Source of the DNA: Acidobacteriota bacterium
GTDB taxonomy: Bacteria > Acidobacteriota > UBA6911 > RPQK01 > JAJDTT01
Length of the DNA: 64,000 nucleotides
Assembly: GCA_965217775.1 (NCBI GenBank)
Contig: CBDCJH010000002.1
Span: 1,792,001-1,856,000, forward strand
Direction of reading: 5' to 3'
Shown: positions 50,901-61,111 of the stretch, piece by piece
Layout of the letters: every line of letters starts with the position of its first letter
Numbering within the stretch: the first letter of the stretch is position 1
The notes under the pieces: model-generated
The model's database searches: none
The model's input: the letters and a program-made list of their open reading frames with translations, nothing else
Told to the model about the DNA's origin: nothing
Translations under genes and position numbers: made by a program

Positions 50901-51063
50901 TCCTCCAGCGAGAATCGGAATTGCCGAACGCCTGGACCGGTAAGGATTCGCCTGCCGCGCGGGCTGAAGACCTCTCCGGGCAGACGTGAGTCTATTCGGA
51001 GTCCCGAGAGAGGATCAAGATCCTCACCCGAGTCGGCGAGACCAGACGGTATACTCTCTGGCC

Positions 51064-53256
51064 ATGCGCTGGGGCATGGCCTGGGCCCTGATCCTGCTCT
51101 CACTATGCCCGGCTCTGAGGGCCTTGGAGGGAAGACTTCTCTTCCCCGACGGAACGCCCGTGGCGGGGGCCCAGGTCATGATCCTGGATCAACCCGGCCA
51201 GAGCCGAACCGACCGGGAGGGGAGATTCCGCTGGTTTCCCGACCCTCCCGTGCCCTTCGAAGTTCGGGTCGAACTCCCGGGCGGTCACGACACGTTGCAC
51301 ATCGTGGTTCGGGAAGCGGTCCCGGAAGGGCCTCTCGAGATGGTGGTCCGGCCGCTTTTCCGAGAGGAAATGACGGTTACGGCCGGCAGCCCGACACGCA
51401 CCGGGACCACGCCGGCCAGCGCCCTGGACCTGGTGACTCATGAGGAGCTGGCTCAGAGCCGGCCCTCCCGGCTGATCGATGCGATCGAGGGAATCCCGGG
51501 CGTGGGCCGGATCTCGGCGGGTCACGCCGGCGTCCCCTCCATTCGGGGCTTGGCGCGGGGCCGGACGTTGATTCTTCTGGACGGCGCCAGGGTCATCTCG
51601 GAAAGGAGAGTCGGACCCAGCGCGTCGTACCTGGATCCCTTCTTCCTGGACCGGGTCGAAGTCGTTCGGGGGCCCGGCTCCGTCGCCTACGGATCCGACG
51701 CCTTCGGCGGCGTCATTCACGCCCTGACCCGGAGACCGAACCCGGAATCTGATTATGGAGCTCGATTCATGGGAAGCCTCGGTTACGGTATGCCCGAGCA
51801 GAACGCCGGTCTGGAGCTGAGCCGAAGTCTGGAATCGGGATCCGTCTTCTTTCTGGGAAGTCTCAGGAACTACGGCGACTACCGGAGTTCCGGAGTCACG
51901 GTGGACAATTCGTCCGCCCGCAACCGCTCGCTCCTGGCGGGCACCCAACTCCAAGTGGCAGGAGGAGAACTCTCCCTGGGATGGCAGACGGACCGGGGCC
52001 ACGATCTGGGCCGTCCCACCTTGCGGTCGCCCCAGATGCGAACCTTCTACCCGGAAGAGAGTTCCGACCGCATGAACGTCGCCTTCGAGTCGAAGCCCAT
52101 CGGCGGCTTCGAACAGATCCGGATCGAAGGGTCGACGGGCCGCTATGCCCTGATCACCGACCGGGAACGCCTCCCTTCACCGAACCGGGACCGCCAATTG
52201 CAGAGGTCCCGAATATCAGCCCGTCACTTCGACCTCCGCATGCAAGGCGTCGCCCCCCTGGAGTGGACCCGGCTGGAGTTGGGGTTCGACGTCAATGGCC
52301 GCTTCGGACTCCACTCCGAGAATACGACCCGCAGCTTCGATGCCGGGAATCAGCCCACCGGCACCCATGCCGGCGCCTCCATCGAGAACGCGAGCCGCAT
52401 CAACTTGGCTCCCTTCCTTTCCGCGGAGGTGACGGTCAACTCCTTTCTGTCCCTCTGGGCAGGCGGCCGCTGGGATCAGGTGTCCAGTTCCAGCCGCGGG
52501 TCTCTGGGAGACTTCAACAGGATCGGCCGGGCGCTCTCCGGCTATCTGGCGGTCGTCGCACGTCCCCTGCCCCCCCTCCAGCTCACGGCTCAGCTCTCCC
52601 GGGGCTTCCGGGAACCCACCCTTTCGGACCGCTATTTCCAGGGAGTCAGCGGCCGCGGCCTGGTTCACGGCAACCCCGACCTGGCGCCGGAAACCAGCCG
52701 GCAGTGGGACCTTTCGGCCCGCTGGTCCGGAAACGACTGGCGCTGGGACCTGTTCCTCTACCGCTACGAGATCCGCCAGTTGGTGGAGCGCTTCGAAGCC
52801 CAACCTCGCAGGTTCTTCTTTCGCAACCGCGGAGCGGCCCTCTTGAGTGGAGTGGAATTGGAGCTGCACCGCCATTTCGGAGAAGGGCTGTCCGTGGGCC
52901 TGGGAGGACACGCTGCCGGGGGCCGGACCCAAGTAGACGGGAACCCGCTGGACGACGTCCCCGCCCCCGCGCTCACGCTGATGGTCGGAAAAACTCTGGG
53001 TTCGCGGAGCCACCTCCGGCTCCATGGCCGGACCTTTGCCCGGGATTACAGAGCCGGCCCCACGGAGACCCCCACTCCGGGTTTCGGTACCTTGGATCTC
53101 TCCTGGAGCTGGCTGTTGGACTCACGGACCCAGCTCCGGTTCCTGGTCAGGAACCTCACCGACAAGGACTACCCGGCCAGCCCCGACCGCTGGTCCGTAC
53201 CGGCCCCGGGCCGCAGCCTGCTTCTGACCCTGATGTACAATCTCAATAATCGGTAA
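51064..53256 (+). CDS. TonB-dependent receptor
   Basis: Plug motifs SIRG, LLDG, VEVVRGPGSVAYGSDAFGGVI; GNPDLAPE; NLTDKDY. Confidence 0.92.
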   Translation: MRWGMAWALILLSLCPALRALEGRLLFPDGTPVAGAQVMILDQPGQSRTDREGRFRWFPDPPVPFEVRVELPGGHDTLHIVVREAVPEGPLEMVVRPLFREEMTVTAGSPTRTGTTPASALDLVTHEELAQSRPSRLIDAIEGIPGVGRISAGHAGVPSIRGLARGRTLILLDGARVISERRVGPSASYLDPFFLDRVEVVRGPGSVAYGSDAFGGVIHALTRRPNPESDYGARFMGSLGYGMPEQNAGLELSRSLESGSVFFLGSLRNYGDYRSSGVTVDNSSARNRSLLAGTQLQVAGGELSLGWQTDRGHDLGRPTLRSPQMRTFYPEESSDRMNVAFESKPIGGFEQIRIEGSTGRYALITDRERLPSPNRDRQLQRSRISARHFDLRMQGVAPLEWTRLELGFDVNGRFGLHSENTTRSFDAGNQPTGTHAGASIENASRINLAPFLSAEVTVNSFLSLWAGGRWDQVSSSSRGSLGDFNRIGRALSGYLAVVARPLPPLQLTAQLSRGFREPTLSDRYFQGVSGRGLVHGNPDLAPETSRQWDLSARWSGNDWRWDLFLYRYEIRQLVERFEAQPRRFFFRNRGAALLSGVELELHRHFGEGLSVGLGGHAAGGRTQVDGNPLDDVPAPALTLMVGKTLGSRSHLRLHGRTFARDYRAGPTETPTPGFGTLDLSWSWLLDSRTQLRFLVRNLTDKDYPASPDRWSVPAPGRSLLLTLMYNLNNR

Positions 53257-53401
53257 ACAAATATATAGAATTAAAGGAATGTTTTTGGATACACGTTCTT
53301 ATCCCGACTCCCTGCACCCGCGTCGGGGCGGCCTTTGTGGCCGGCCTTCCACCGGTTGTCGGGCTGGGCAAAGAGGATAATCGTAAAAGGGAGGAACCCC
53401 A

Positions 53402-54340
53402 ATGGCAGTCGACTCCATGCATCTTCGGGAAATGGCGCTCGAGGACCGGTCGGAAGTGGCCGAGCTCATCTACGCCTCCATCAACGCCTGGTACGGCCTT
53501 CGAGGCCTGGGCCAGCCCTTTCAAGGGTCGCCCAAGGTCACGGAGATCTTCCACGAGGTCTATTCGGCAACGGGTTCCAGCCGTTGCGTGGTGGCGGAAA
53601 ACGCCCGCACCGGGCGTCTCATGGGCTCCTGCTTCTACCATCCCCGAAAGACCCACGTGGGTCTCGGCATCATGACCGTGCATCCCAACTACTTCGGTTT
53701 CGGCGCCGGGAGCAAACTCCTGGAGTACATCTGCCGCTTCACCGACGGGAACGGGTACCAGGCCCTGCGCCTGACCCAGAGCGCCCTCAACCTGGACTCC
53801 TTCTCCCTCTACAACCGATACGGCTTCGTCCCTCGTCAGGCTTACCAGGACATGATCCTCCAGGTGCCCGAGTCCGGCCTGGATCACGAAGTGCCGGGAC
53901 TCGACCGGGTCCGGGACGCCACTCCGGACGACGTTCCGGCAATGGCGGCTCTGGAAATGGCGGTGAGCGGGGTGAGCCGGGAGGAGGACTATCGGCTCTG
54001 CATCAAGAACGAACTGGGTTTCTGGTCGGTCTCGGTCTACGAGGGGGCCGGCGGAAACATCGAAGGGTTCCTGGCTTCGTCGTCTCACCCGGCCTTCAAC
54101 ATGCTCGGGCCGGGCGTGATTCGAACGGAGCCGCAAGCGGCGGCCCTGATCCACACGGAACTGGACCGGCACCGTGGCCGGACGCCCGTCTTTCTGGTCC
54201 CTGTGGACCGGTACGGCCTCGTCCGACAGATGTACGACTGGGGCGCCCGCAATTGCGAACTCCACTTCTGCCAGATTCGAGGGCAATACCAGCCCTATCA
54301 AGGCATCAACATGCCGACGTTTCTCCTGGAAACCGCCTGA
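53402..54340 (+). CDS. GNAT-family acetyltransferase
   Basis: VHPNYFGFGAGSKLL, LYNRYGF; GGAGG RBS. Confidence 0.8.
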   Translation: MAVDSMHLREMALEDRSEVAELIYASINAWYGLRGLGQPFQGSPKVTEIFHEVYSATGSSRCVVAENARTGRLMGSCFYHPRKTHVGLGIMTVHPNYFGFGAGSKLLEYICRFTDGNGYQALRLTQSALNLDSFSLYNRYGFVPRQAYQDMILQVPESGLDHEVPGLDRVRDATPDDVPAMAALEMAVSGVSREEDYRLCIKNELGFWSVSVYEGAGGNIEGFLASSSHPAFNMLGPGVIRTEPQAAALIHTELDRHRGRTPVFLVPVDRYGLVRQMYDWGARNCELHFCQIRGQYQPYQGINMPTFLLETA

Positions 54341-54409
54341 GTCGAACCGGTCGCCCACGGCCACATCCACTTAATCTGCCTATCGCGCGCAGGCGTTAAT
54401 TTCTTCGCC

Positions 54410-54500
54410 GGAGCGGTGGCTTTCCAGCCGCCGACTCTTCGTCTGGTCACGTCTTGCTCCGCCTTGGACCGAAGAGGGCGCCCACAAGGGGCGCCCCTAC
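54410..54500. repeat. REP-like palindrome pair
   Basis: GGTGGCTTTCCAGCCGCC and GGGCGCCCACAAGGGGCGCCCCTAC. Confidence 0.7.
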
Positions 54501-54796
54501 TTGTTGCCGTCTTGGTTTCCGAGACGAATAACGGTCCCACTATTTGAACCGGAACAGATTTGCTTTGCCATTGCGAAAAGGACGACTGTCCAGCCGTTCG
54601 TGCACCGGATCCAAACTGGCGACAGGAAGCGCCGGCCCTGGGCCAGCAACGCGCACGATCGTCTCCTTCGTGAGGGAAGCCGTAAGGCGCAACTCGGGAG
54701 ACGGCAGTTGCAGGTCGAGGCGAACATGCGCTCACCGAACCCTCCAAGCAAGCGGGAACGCGCCATATCCACCGAGCACCCACTCCAGAACGGATT

Positions 54797-55252
54797 ATGA
54801 GTCCGAGCATGGGAACGTCCGACGCCGGCAGGCCAGACGGAAACCGATTTTTCGAAGAGCTGTCCGGAAACGCCTTCGGTGGCGTGACCTCTGCGGTCGT
54901 GGCGTTGCCCATGGCGCTGACCTTCGGCGTGGCGTCGGGGTTGGGACCCGTGGCCGGAATCTATGGCGCGGTCGCGGTCGGGTGCTTTGCCGCCGTGTTC
55001 GGCGGGACACCCTCGTAGATCTCCGGTCCGACGGGTCCGATGACGGTCGCCATGGCGACCGTCGTCACGCTGCATGCCGACAACCTTGCGAACGCGTTCA
55101 CCATCGTCATGGGTCTCAGAGGCGAGGTCGCCGCCGTGCTGCGCTCCCTCATGGTCCTCCGGGAAATCCCCGAGGAGCACTTCGCGGACAGCTTGGACGA
55201 AGTGATCAGCCTTTCCAAACGCAGCTTGGACGAGCGCAGGACCACGGCTTGA
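54797..55252 (+). pseudogene. SulP-family anion transporter remnant
   Basis: VVALPMALTFGVASG...FGGTPS*ISGPTGPM with in-frame TAG at 55016; truncated. Confidence 0.85.
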
Positions 55253-55448
55253 ACCCTCGATTGTCCGGAGAGAGCTTCAGCTCTCGACAGGCTCCATTTC
55301 CGCACACTGTTGCGCTAACCGTTCCCCGGTCCGGCCGCGGCGTGGTGCCTTTGCGGCGGACTGTGAATCGTCATCCCTGTTAAGCTTTCTGTCCGGAGTA
55401 CGCACTGCAGGAGAAGACCCTGCAACCGCCCTCGCCTCGGCATGACCC

Positions 55449-56150
55449 ATGGAAGGCAAACTGACCGTCGTCATTCCCGTCTACAACGAATGCGGCACGG
55501 TGGAGGATATCCTGAAACGGGTCGCCAAGGCGCCCCTGAGAAAAGAGGTCATCGTCGTGGACGACGGTTCCGATGACGGGTCCCGCGAGATCCTGGAACG
55601 CCTCTCGGGGATTGCCGGCCCCCCGGATGAACTCCGAATCTTCTTCCACGCACAGAATCGGGGCAAGGGAGCCGCGGTTCGGACCGGGATCGCTCGAGCC
55701 ACCGGAGATTGGATCCTGATCCAGGACGCCGACCTGGAATACGATCCCCGCGACTACCCGCTGCTGCTGGCCCCGCTCCTGGACGGCCGCGCCGACGTGG
55801 TCTACGGCAGCCGCTTCCTGGGTGGCGCCGGTCAGACTCGCTATTTCCAGCACTACCTGGCGAACCGTTTCCTGACGTTCGTGACCAACCTGTTGACGAA
55901 CCAGAACCTGTCGGACATGGAGACCGGCTACAAGGTCTTTCGCAGGCAGGTCCTGGACGGCATCCGGCTCCGGTCGAACCGCTTCGAGTTCGAACCCGAG
56001 ATCACGGCCAAGGTGGCGCGCAGAGGCTATCGAATCCACGAGACTCCCATCTCCTACAACAGCCGCTCCTACCAGGAGGGGAAGAAAATCACCTGGGTCG
56101 ACGGCCTCAAGGCGCTGTGGGCCTTGTTCCGCTATCGATTTTTCGACTAG
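55449..56150 (+). CDS. GT2 glycosyltransferase (DPM-synthase-like)
   Basis: VIPVYNE, VDDGS, NRGKG, QDADLEYDP, DMETGYK. Confidence 0.92.
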   Translation: MEGKLTVVIPVYNECGTVEDILKRVAKAPLRKEVIVVDDGSDDGSREILERLSGIAGPPDELRIFFHAQNRGKGAAVRTGIARATGDWILIQDADLEYDPRDYPLLLAPLLDGRADVVYGSRFLGGAGQTRYFQHYLANRFLTFVTNLLTNQNLSDMETGYKVFRRQVLDGIRLRSNRFEFEPEITAKVARRGYRIHETPISYNSRSYQEGKKITWVDGLKALWALFRYRFFD

Positions 56151-56283
56151 CCCGCATTTCTCACCAGGTCGCTACGCGTATGATGAAAAATAATCTGTTT
56201 TTGAGCATTTACGCGGAATTTTCCAAGATTTCTCCGGGACAGACTGCGCGCTCGTCACGCCCCCTTCTGAGAAATGCGGGTTA
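56148..56283. mobile_element. MITE family A, internally deleted copy 3
   Basis: Both terminal repeats present; centre lost between CTGCGC repeats; overlaps the GT2 stop. Confidence 0.88.
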
Positions 56284-56451
56284 CGAGGACTTCACCCATT
56301 TGGGGGAACTCCTGAACCAATACGAAGGACCGAAGTTCCGTCCTTCGGCCTGTGACTTTGGATCTGGGGGCGAAACCGGCTTCAGGCATCACCTCCTGCC
56401 CGGTAAGACTACGTCAGCGTAGATTCGAAAAGGCAGACGCTCGCCAGTCGG

Positions 56452-59061
56452 CTATTCGCGGCGGGTCCAGGTTTCGAAGTTCCAGAGCTCCGAATCCCAG
56501 GCGTTCATCCAGACCCCCTCGATGTCGTTGGAGTGGGCCGAAACGTTCCCGCGGTGAATCAGCGGGATGATGGAGTAGCTCCGGATCAGCAGGTCGTTGA
56601 GCTCGACGGTGAGCTCGTCGCGCCGATCCTTGCCGACCGTGCTCCGGAGTTCGGCATAAAGCCGATCATATTCGTCCGATTGGAAGCGCTGGACGTTCGA
56701 ACCACGGAACGAGTTGGACGCTCCGGCAATCTGGGACGTGACCCACGACCCCAGATAGCCTTCGGGGTCCGGGGCGCCCGCCCCGTCGGCAAACATTTGG
56801 ACATCGGCATAAAACCGGCCCAAGGTATCGGGGTTGTCCGGGTCGCCGCCGAAAAAAACCGACGGACTGATGTCCTTCAGCTCGGTCTCGACGCCGATTT
56901 CCGCCCACCAGCCCTTGATGTGCTCCTGGGTCGTCTGCCGCACCGAGTTCGTCGAGGTCTGATACGAGATCTTCAGCGGTACCCCTTCCCGCTCCCGCAC
57001 CCCGTCGCCGTCCGAATCCACGATTCCCGCGTCGTCCAGAATCCGGTTCGCGAGATCGATGTTCCGGACGAGGCATTCGTCGTTGCTGGTCGAGGTCTGG
57101 GCTGATGAGCCGAGCCAGACGTTGCAAGTCGCCCGGCCGGACTCGCCATAACCGACCCGGACCAAGGTGTCGCGGTCGATGGCGAGAGAGAGCGCCCGCC
57201 CCACGACCGGATCGGTCAGGAACGGGTGCGGGTTCGTACCGTCTGCGTACTCCGAACGAAGTTCCCCCAGACTGGGGTCCGGGTTCGTCTGGTTGACCGA
57301 AAGGCGCTCGACCAGCGTGGCGAACGCCGAGACGACGGTTCCGCCGCCTCCCTCGGCCAGGGAAGCGAGGACGTCCGGTTCGACTTGGAGATTCCAGGCA
57401 TAGTCGGCTTCGTTGAGCTCCAGGACGGACCTCGCCGCCGCGGCTGCGCTGCCGCCCCCCTGCAGCATCACCTCGCCGAAATGCGGAACACCGTAGTCGA
57501 CGCCGCGGTAGAGCGGATTGAACTCGTAGCGGACGGCTCCGGTGGTGCTGAAATCGGCCACGGCGTACGGACCCGTGCCGATGGGCCCCTCGTTGGCATC
57601 CGTACAACCGGTCGCCGCCGCGCCCAGGCAGTCAGCGAACTGCGAGGCCTGGAGGATCGGACTGAACAAGGACACGAATGGAGCATACGGGAACGACGTC
57701 GGTCCATCGAAAGTGATGGTGACGGTCCGGTCGTCGACGGCATCCACGGAGGACACGTTTGCAAAGGCCTTCGTCTGGATGCAGCCGGCGTCCGGCGCGG
57801 TGCAGTATTGCCATGTGAACACGACGTCGCCGGCGGTAAGGGGCGTGCCGTCGGACCACACGATATCCTCCCGAAGGGTCCACGTGATCCGGGTCCGGTC
57901 GGCGGAGATACCCTGGTTGGCGAGTGTCGGGATCCGCGTCGCCAGAACCGGGACCAATTCGCCGTTGGGGTTGTACTCGGCCAACGGCTCGATGACCAGC
58001 GATGCCGCCTCCCCATCCTTGTTGCCCGACGAAAGATACGGGTTGAGGATTGTCGGCGCCTGCCAATAGCGGAGCGTCGCAGTTCCACCCTGACCTGCGG
58101 CATCCGCGAAATAGCCGGCACCGATAAGAATCGGCAGCCCGTAGGAAACCACCCTCTTGACGAAAACCACCTTCCGCCGCTTCGTCTGAGTGGCGGGATT
58201 GAGGGATTTGTAGTAAAGGAAAGTCTCGCCGAAAGCTTGCGCCACACTCACATCGTCCCGGTCGCTGAGCGACGTCAACTCGGATCCGGCGAGGTCTATC
58301 TCCTCCTGGGAGGAATCCCCGCTGAACAGAGTGTTGCCCTGCCTGTCCAAACCGAAGACATAGACCGACTTGTGCGTCCATCGCGGGTCGCCCGACAGGG
58401 TGATGGCAGCGAAGAACCCGTTCGCTTCCAACTCCAGCGCGGCACAACGGACGAAATGCTGAAGTTTGTCTGCAGAAGGATCGGCGACCATATCCATGGC
58501 GTTGACGTCTTCCGGCCTGCAGGTGCCGGGGAGATCGGGCCGATAGACCCCGGCGCCGATCGCGGCCGGAGTCCCGTCCCAATCGATGGACCTGAAATAC
58601 GAAGCCTTCGGGTCTTTGCTGCCCGTCGCCGGGTTGATGGTGGAATAGTAGAGCCAGCCGTCGCCGTAACCTTTCACGATCCGATGCAATTCCACGGAGT
58701 AATCGTGTCCGAAGATGTCCATCAGCGGTCCCCATTCCGCCCCTTCCTGTGCCGGGTCAGGAGGGAAAACCAGGGATCGAGACATCGCCGGGTCGGGCGC
58801 TATATCGGTGACGACGACGTAGATTTCGGCGCTTCTCCAGCGGGCATCCTCATGGAACGCCCGCCGGGCTTCCTCGAAGCCCATTTCCTGGACGTACTCG
58901 TAGGCACATTGAACGAACGCTTGAACGTCCTCCATGGTGCGGATGGCGTCGGCCACGACGGACTTGTCCGAACAGGGCAGAGGTTCAGCATCAACATCAG
59001 TCAGGATGGCGAACTGGAGAATCAGGGGAAGGAATAATCGGGGGGGAGTCCCTTTGATCAT
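56452..59061 (-). CDS. Two Cache-like domains fused to a family 5 solute-binding protein
   Basis: Repeated FVxCA...RW...Y(V)...YY..NPAT units, then YWQAPTILNPY, WSDGTPLTAGDV, GPIGTGPY. Confidence 0.8.
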   Translation of the reverse strand: MIKGTPPRLFLPLILQFAILTDVDAEPLPCSDKSVVADAIRTMEDVQAFVQCAYEYVQEMGFEEARRAFHEDARWRSAEIYVVVTDIAPDPAMSRSLVFPPDPAQEGAEWGPLMDIFGHDYSVELHRIVKGYGDGWLYYSTINPATGSKDPKASYFRSIDWDGTPAAIGAGVYRPDLPGTCRPEDVNAMDMVADPSADKLQHFVRCAALELEANGFFAAITLSGDPRWTHKSVYVFGLDRQGNTLFSGDSSQEEIDLAGSELTSLSDRDDVSVAQAFGETFLYYKSLNPATQTKRRKVVFVKRVVSYGLPILIGAGYFADAAGQGGTATLRYWQAPTILNPYLSSGNKDGEAASLVIEPLAEYNPNGELVPVLATRIPTLANQGISADRTRITWTLREDIVWSDGTPLTAGDVVFTWQYCTAPDAGCIQTKAFANVSSVDAVDDRTVTITFDGPTSFPYAPFVSLFSPILQASQFADCLGAAATGCTDANEGPIGTGPYAVADFSTTGAVRYEFNPLYRGVDYGVPHFGEVMLQGGGSAAAAARSVLELNEADYAWNLQVEPDVLASLAEGGGGTVVSAFATLVERLSVNQTNPDPSLGELRSEYADGTNPHPFLTDPVVGRALSLAIDRDTLVRVGYGESGRATCNVWLGSSAQTSTSNDECLVRNIDLANRILDDAGIVDSDGDGVREREGVPLKISYQTSTNSVRQTTQEHIKGWWAEIGVETELKDISPSVFFGGDPDNPDTLGRFYADVQMFADGAGAPDPEGYLGSWVTSQIAGASNSFRGSNVQRFQSDEYDRLYAELRSTVGKDRRDELTVELNDLLIRSYSIIPLIHRGNVSAHSNDIEGVWMNAWDSELWNFETWTRRE

Positions 59062-59189
59062 TTGAATGACAGACTACCATGCGTCGATGTGTTATCAACA
59101 TTACCGTTTCCAGGTAAATCTCCCACTTCTACAGCTACGGTGGGATGGGTGCAGCGCCGGACGGAACGCTCGCGAAAGGAGCCTGAATC

Positions 59190-59990
59190 GTGAATCTGGA
59201 GAAGATCCTGATGCATCTGAAACTGGACGGTTTCTGCGTGGTGGAAGGGGTTATTCCCCCGGAGGACGTCCCGACCATTCGACGTGAGGTCGAGGCAGTC
59301 ATGGCGGCGGAGGGTTCGGCCGACACCTATGAGGGTGTGAGCAGCGCCTTCGACGTGCTGGATTCCATCCCCGCTTTCGTGCCTTATCTGGCGGATGAGA
59401 CGGTCATGGACGTGGCCCGCGAATGGTTCGGCGGGCACATGCGGATCTCCTATACCGGCAGCATGATCACCGAACCGGGAAACGATCGGGGCCGCTGGCA
59501 CGCGGACTGGCCCTACAACCAGGAGAAGGCCGCGCATGTCCCGGCTCCCTACCCCGATTACCCGTTCCAGCTCTCCTCCATCTGGATGATTTCCGAGTTC
59601 ACCGACGAAAACGGCGGCACCTGGATCGTCCCCGGCAGTCACCGGACGTCCGACAACCCCACCGGCGACATCGGGGTTCCCCGGTTCGAACCCTATCCCA
59701 CCGAGAGGCATGCCACCGGACCGGCCGGCAGCGTCTTCCTCTTCGACAGCCGGCTCTGGCACGCCACGGCCAGCAACGAGAGCAACGGACGCCGCATCAG
59801 CATGATCGTGCGTTACATTCCCTGGTGGCTGGACATCCGGGTCCTGATGCCGGGAACCCGGGCGCGCCGAACCATGGTGGACGAGCCGGGCTTGTTGGAG
59901 AACGAGATCCCGCCGGTACAGCCGGACGTGTACGAACGCCTGCCGGAATCGGTGAAGCCCCTTTATCGCCATTGGGTCAGGAGTTCCTGA
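59190..59990 (+). CDS. PhyH-family dioxygenase
   Basis: WHADW, NGGTWIVPGSH, LWHATASN. Confidence 0.88.
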   Translation: MNLEKILMHLKLDGFCVVEGVIPPEDVPTIRREVEAVMAAEGSADTYEGVSSAFDVLDSIPAFVPYLADETVMDVAREWFGGHMRISYTGSMITEPGNDRGRWHADWPYNQEKAAHVPAPYPDYPFQLSSIWMISEFTDENGGTWIVPGSHRTSDNPTGDIGVPRFEPYPTERHATGPAGSVFLFDSRLWHATASNESNGRRISMIVRYIPWWLDIRVLMPGTRARRTMVDEPGLLENEIPPVQPDVYERLPESVKPLYRHWVRSS

Positions 59991-60035
59991 AGCTTTCCTC
60001 GAATCTGTCTGACCTGAGGACGAGTCCAACCGGCC

Positions 60036-60839
60036 ATGAACATGCATCGAGCGGCGGATACGCCGAGCTCCTTTCGGGAACGGTGGAACGGCTGGCTCAA
60101 TTTTCCCCTGGCCGGCTCCCTGATTCCCTTCTCCTACCAATTCCCTCCCCTGGATCGCCTGGTGGACGCAGTCCGCCGGGATGAGGAGGTCTGGATCCTG
60201 AGCGGGAAACGGGGAGACCGAATGGACGAGACCGACATCTCGCGGCGCTTCCGGTCCCTCCCCATCGAGGAAGCCCTGGATTCTCCATTCCAGATGTCCC
60301 ATTTCGACCTTTCCCGGTTTCAGGGACCGGGCGAACTTCTGGAGGGATTGGAAGAGCAGGTGATGACTCCTTGGAAGCGGTTCCTGCGCTCGGCCGGCTT
60401 CACCTGGCGGCGCTGCTTCCCCATCCTCTTCATCTCGGGTCCCGGCTGCGCCACCAACTACCACATGGACCTCTCCCACGTCCTGGCCTGGCAGATCTAC
60501 GGGACCAAGCACTTCCATGGCCTGTCCGAGCCCAGCCGCTGGGCTCCCCTGGACGAGGTGGTCCGGGAAACCCGCCGGGAGGAACTGTCCAAGCCGTGCG
60601 GTCTCCAGCCGCGTGATGTCCTCACCTTCTTCATGAAACCGGGGGACTGCCTATGGAACCAGCTCCTGACGCCTCATTGGGTGGAAGCGAGTTCGGAGAC
60701 GGCCGTGAGCCTGAACCTTTCCCACGGAGGCCTGCGCTACCAGGGTCGCCTCGCGCCCCAGGAGCAGGCCCTGGAGGAGTGGTGGCAAACCCATCCCGAA
60801 GAGGTCTGGCTGGGGCCGCCGCATCTGCGTGAGGAGTAG
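60036..60839 (+). CDS. JmjC/cupin-like oxygenase
   Basis: TNYHMD, QIYGTK, PGD...TPHWV. Confidence 0.75.
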   Translation: MNMHRAADTPSSFRERWNGWLNFPLAGSLIPFSYQFPPLDRLVDAVRRDEEVWILSGKRGDRMDETDISRRFRSLPIEEALDSPFQMSHFDLSRFQGPGELLEGLEEQVMTPWKRFLRSAGFTWRRCFPILFISGPGCATNYHMDLSHVLAWQIYGTKHFHGLSEPSRWAPLDEVVRETRREELSKPCGLQPRDVLTFFMKPGDCLWNQLLTPHWVEASSETAVSLNLSHGGLRYQGRLAPQEQALEEWWQTHPEEVWLGPPHLREE

Positions 60840-60842
60840 GAA

Positions 60843-61087
60843 GGGCGATTTCCAGTCGCCCACCAGGAGGGGCGATTTCCAGTCGCCCTCCGGGAGGGGC
60901 GATTTCTAGTCGCCCTCCGGGAGGGGCGATTTCTAGTCGCCCACTGGAGGGGCGATTTCTAGTCGCCCAGTCGCGCTTGTTTCGCACTAACTTTGGAGGT
61001 CGGCTGCGCGGCGGTTGGAAAACGCCGTTTTCTCGGGGCGGCTAGAAACCGCCGCTCCTGTTCGGCGGCTGGAAACCGCCGCTCCTG
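60843..61087. repeat. Tandem REP palindrome array
   Basis: GGGCGATTTCYAGTCGCCC x5 (60843, 60870, 60897, 60924, 60950), then three GGCGG..AAACCGCC-type palindromes. Confidence 0.88.
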
Positions 61088-61111
61088 TCCGGAGGAGACG
61101 ATCCGTCTAGA

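Noticed and set aside
60843-60968. CRISPR array
   Set aside because: Spacers are only 7-8 bp and nearly identical; no cas genes; fits REP tandem.
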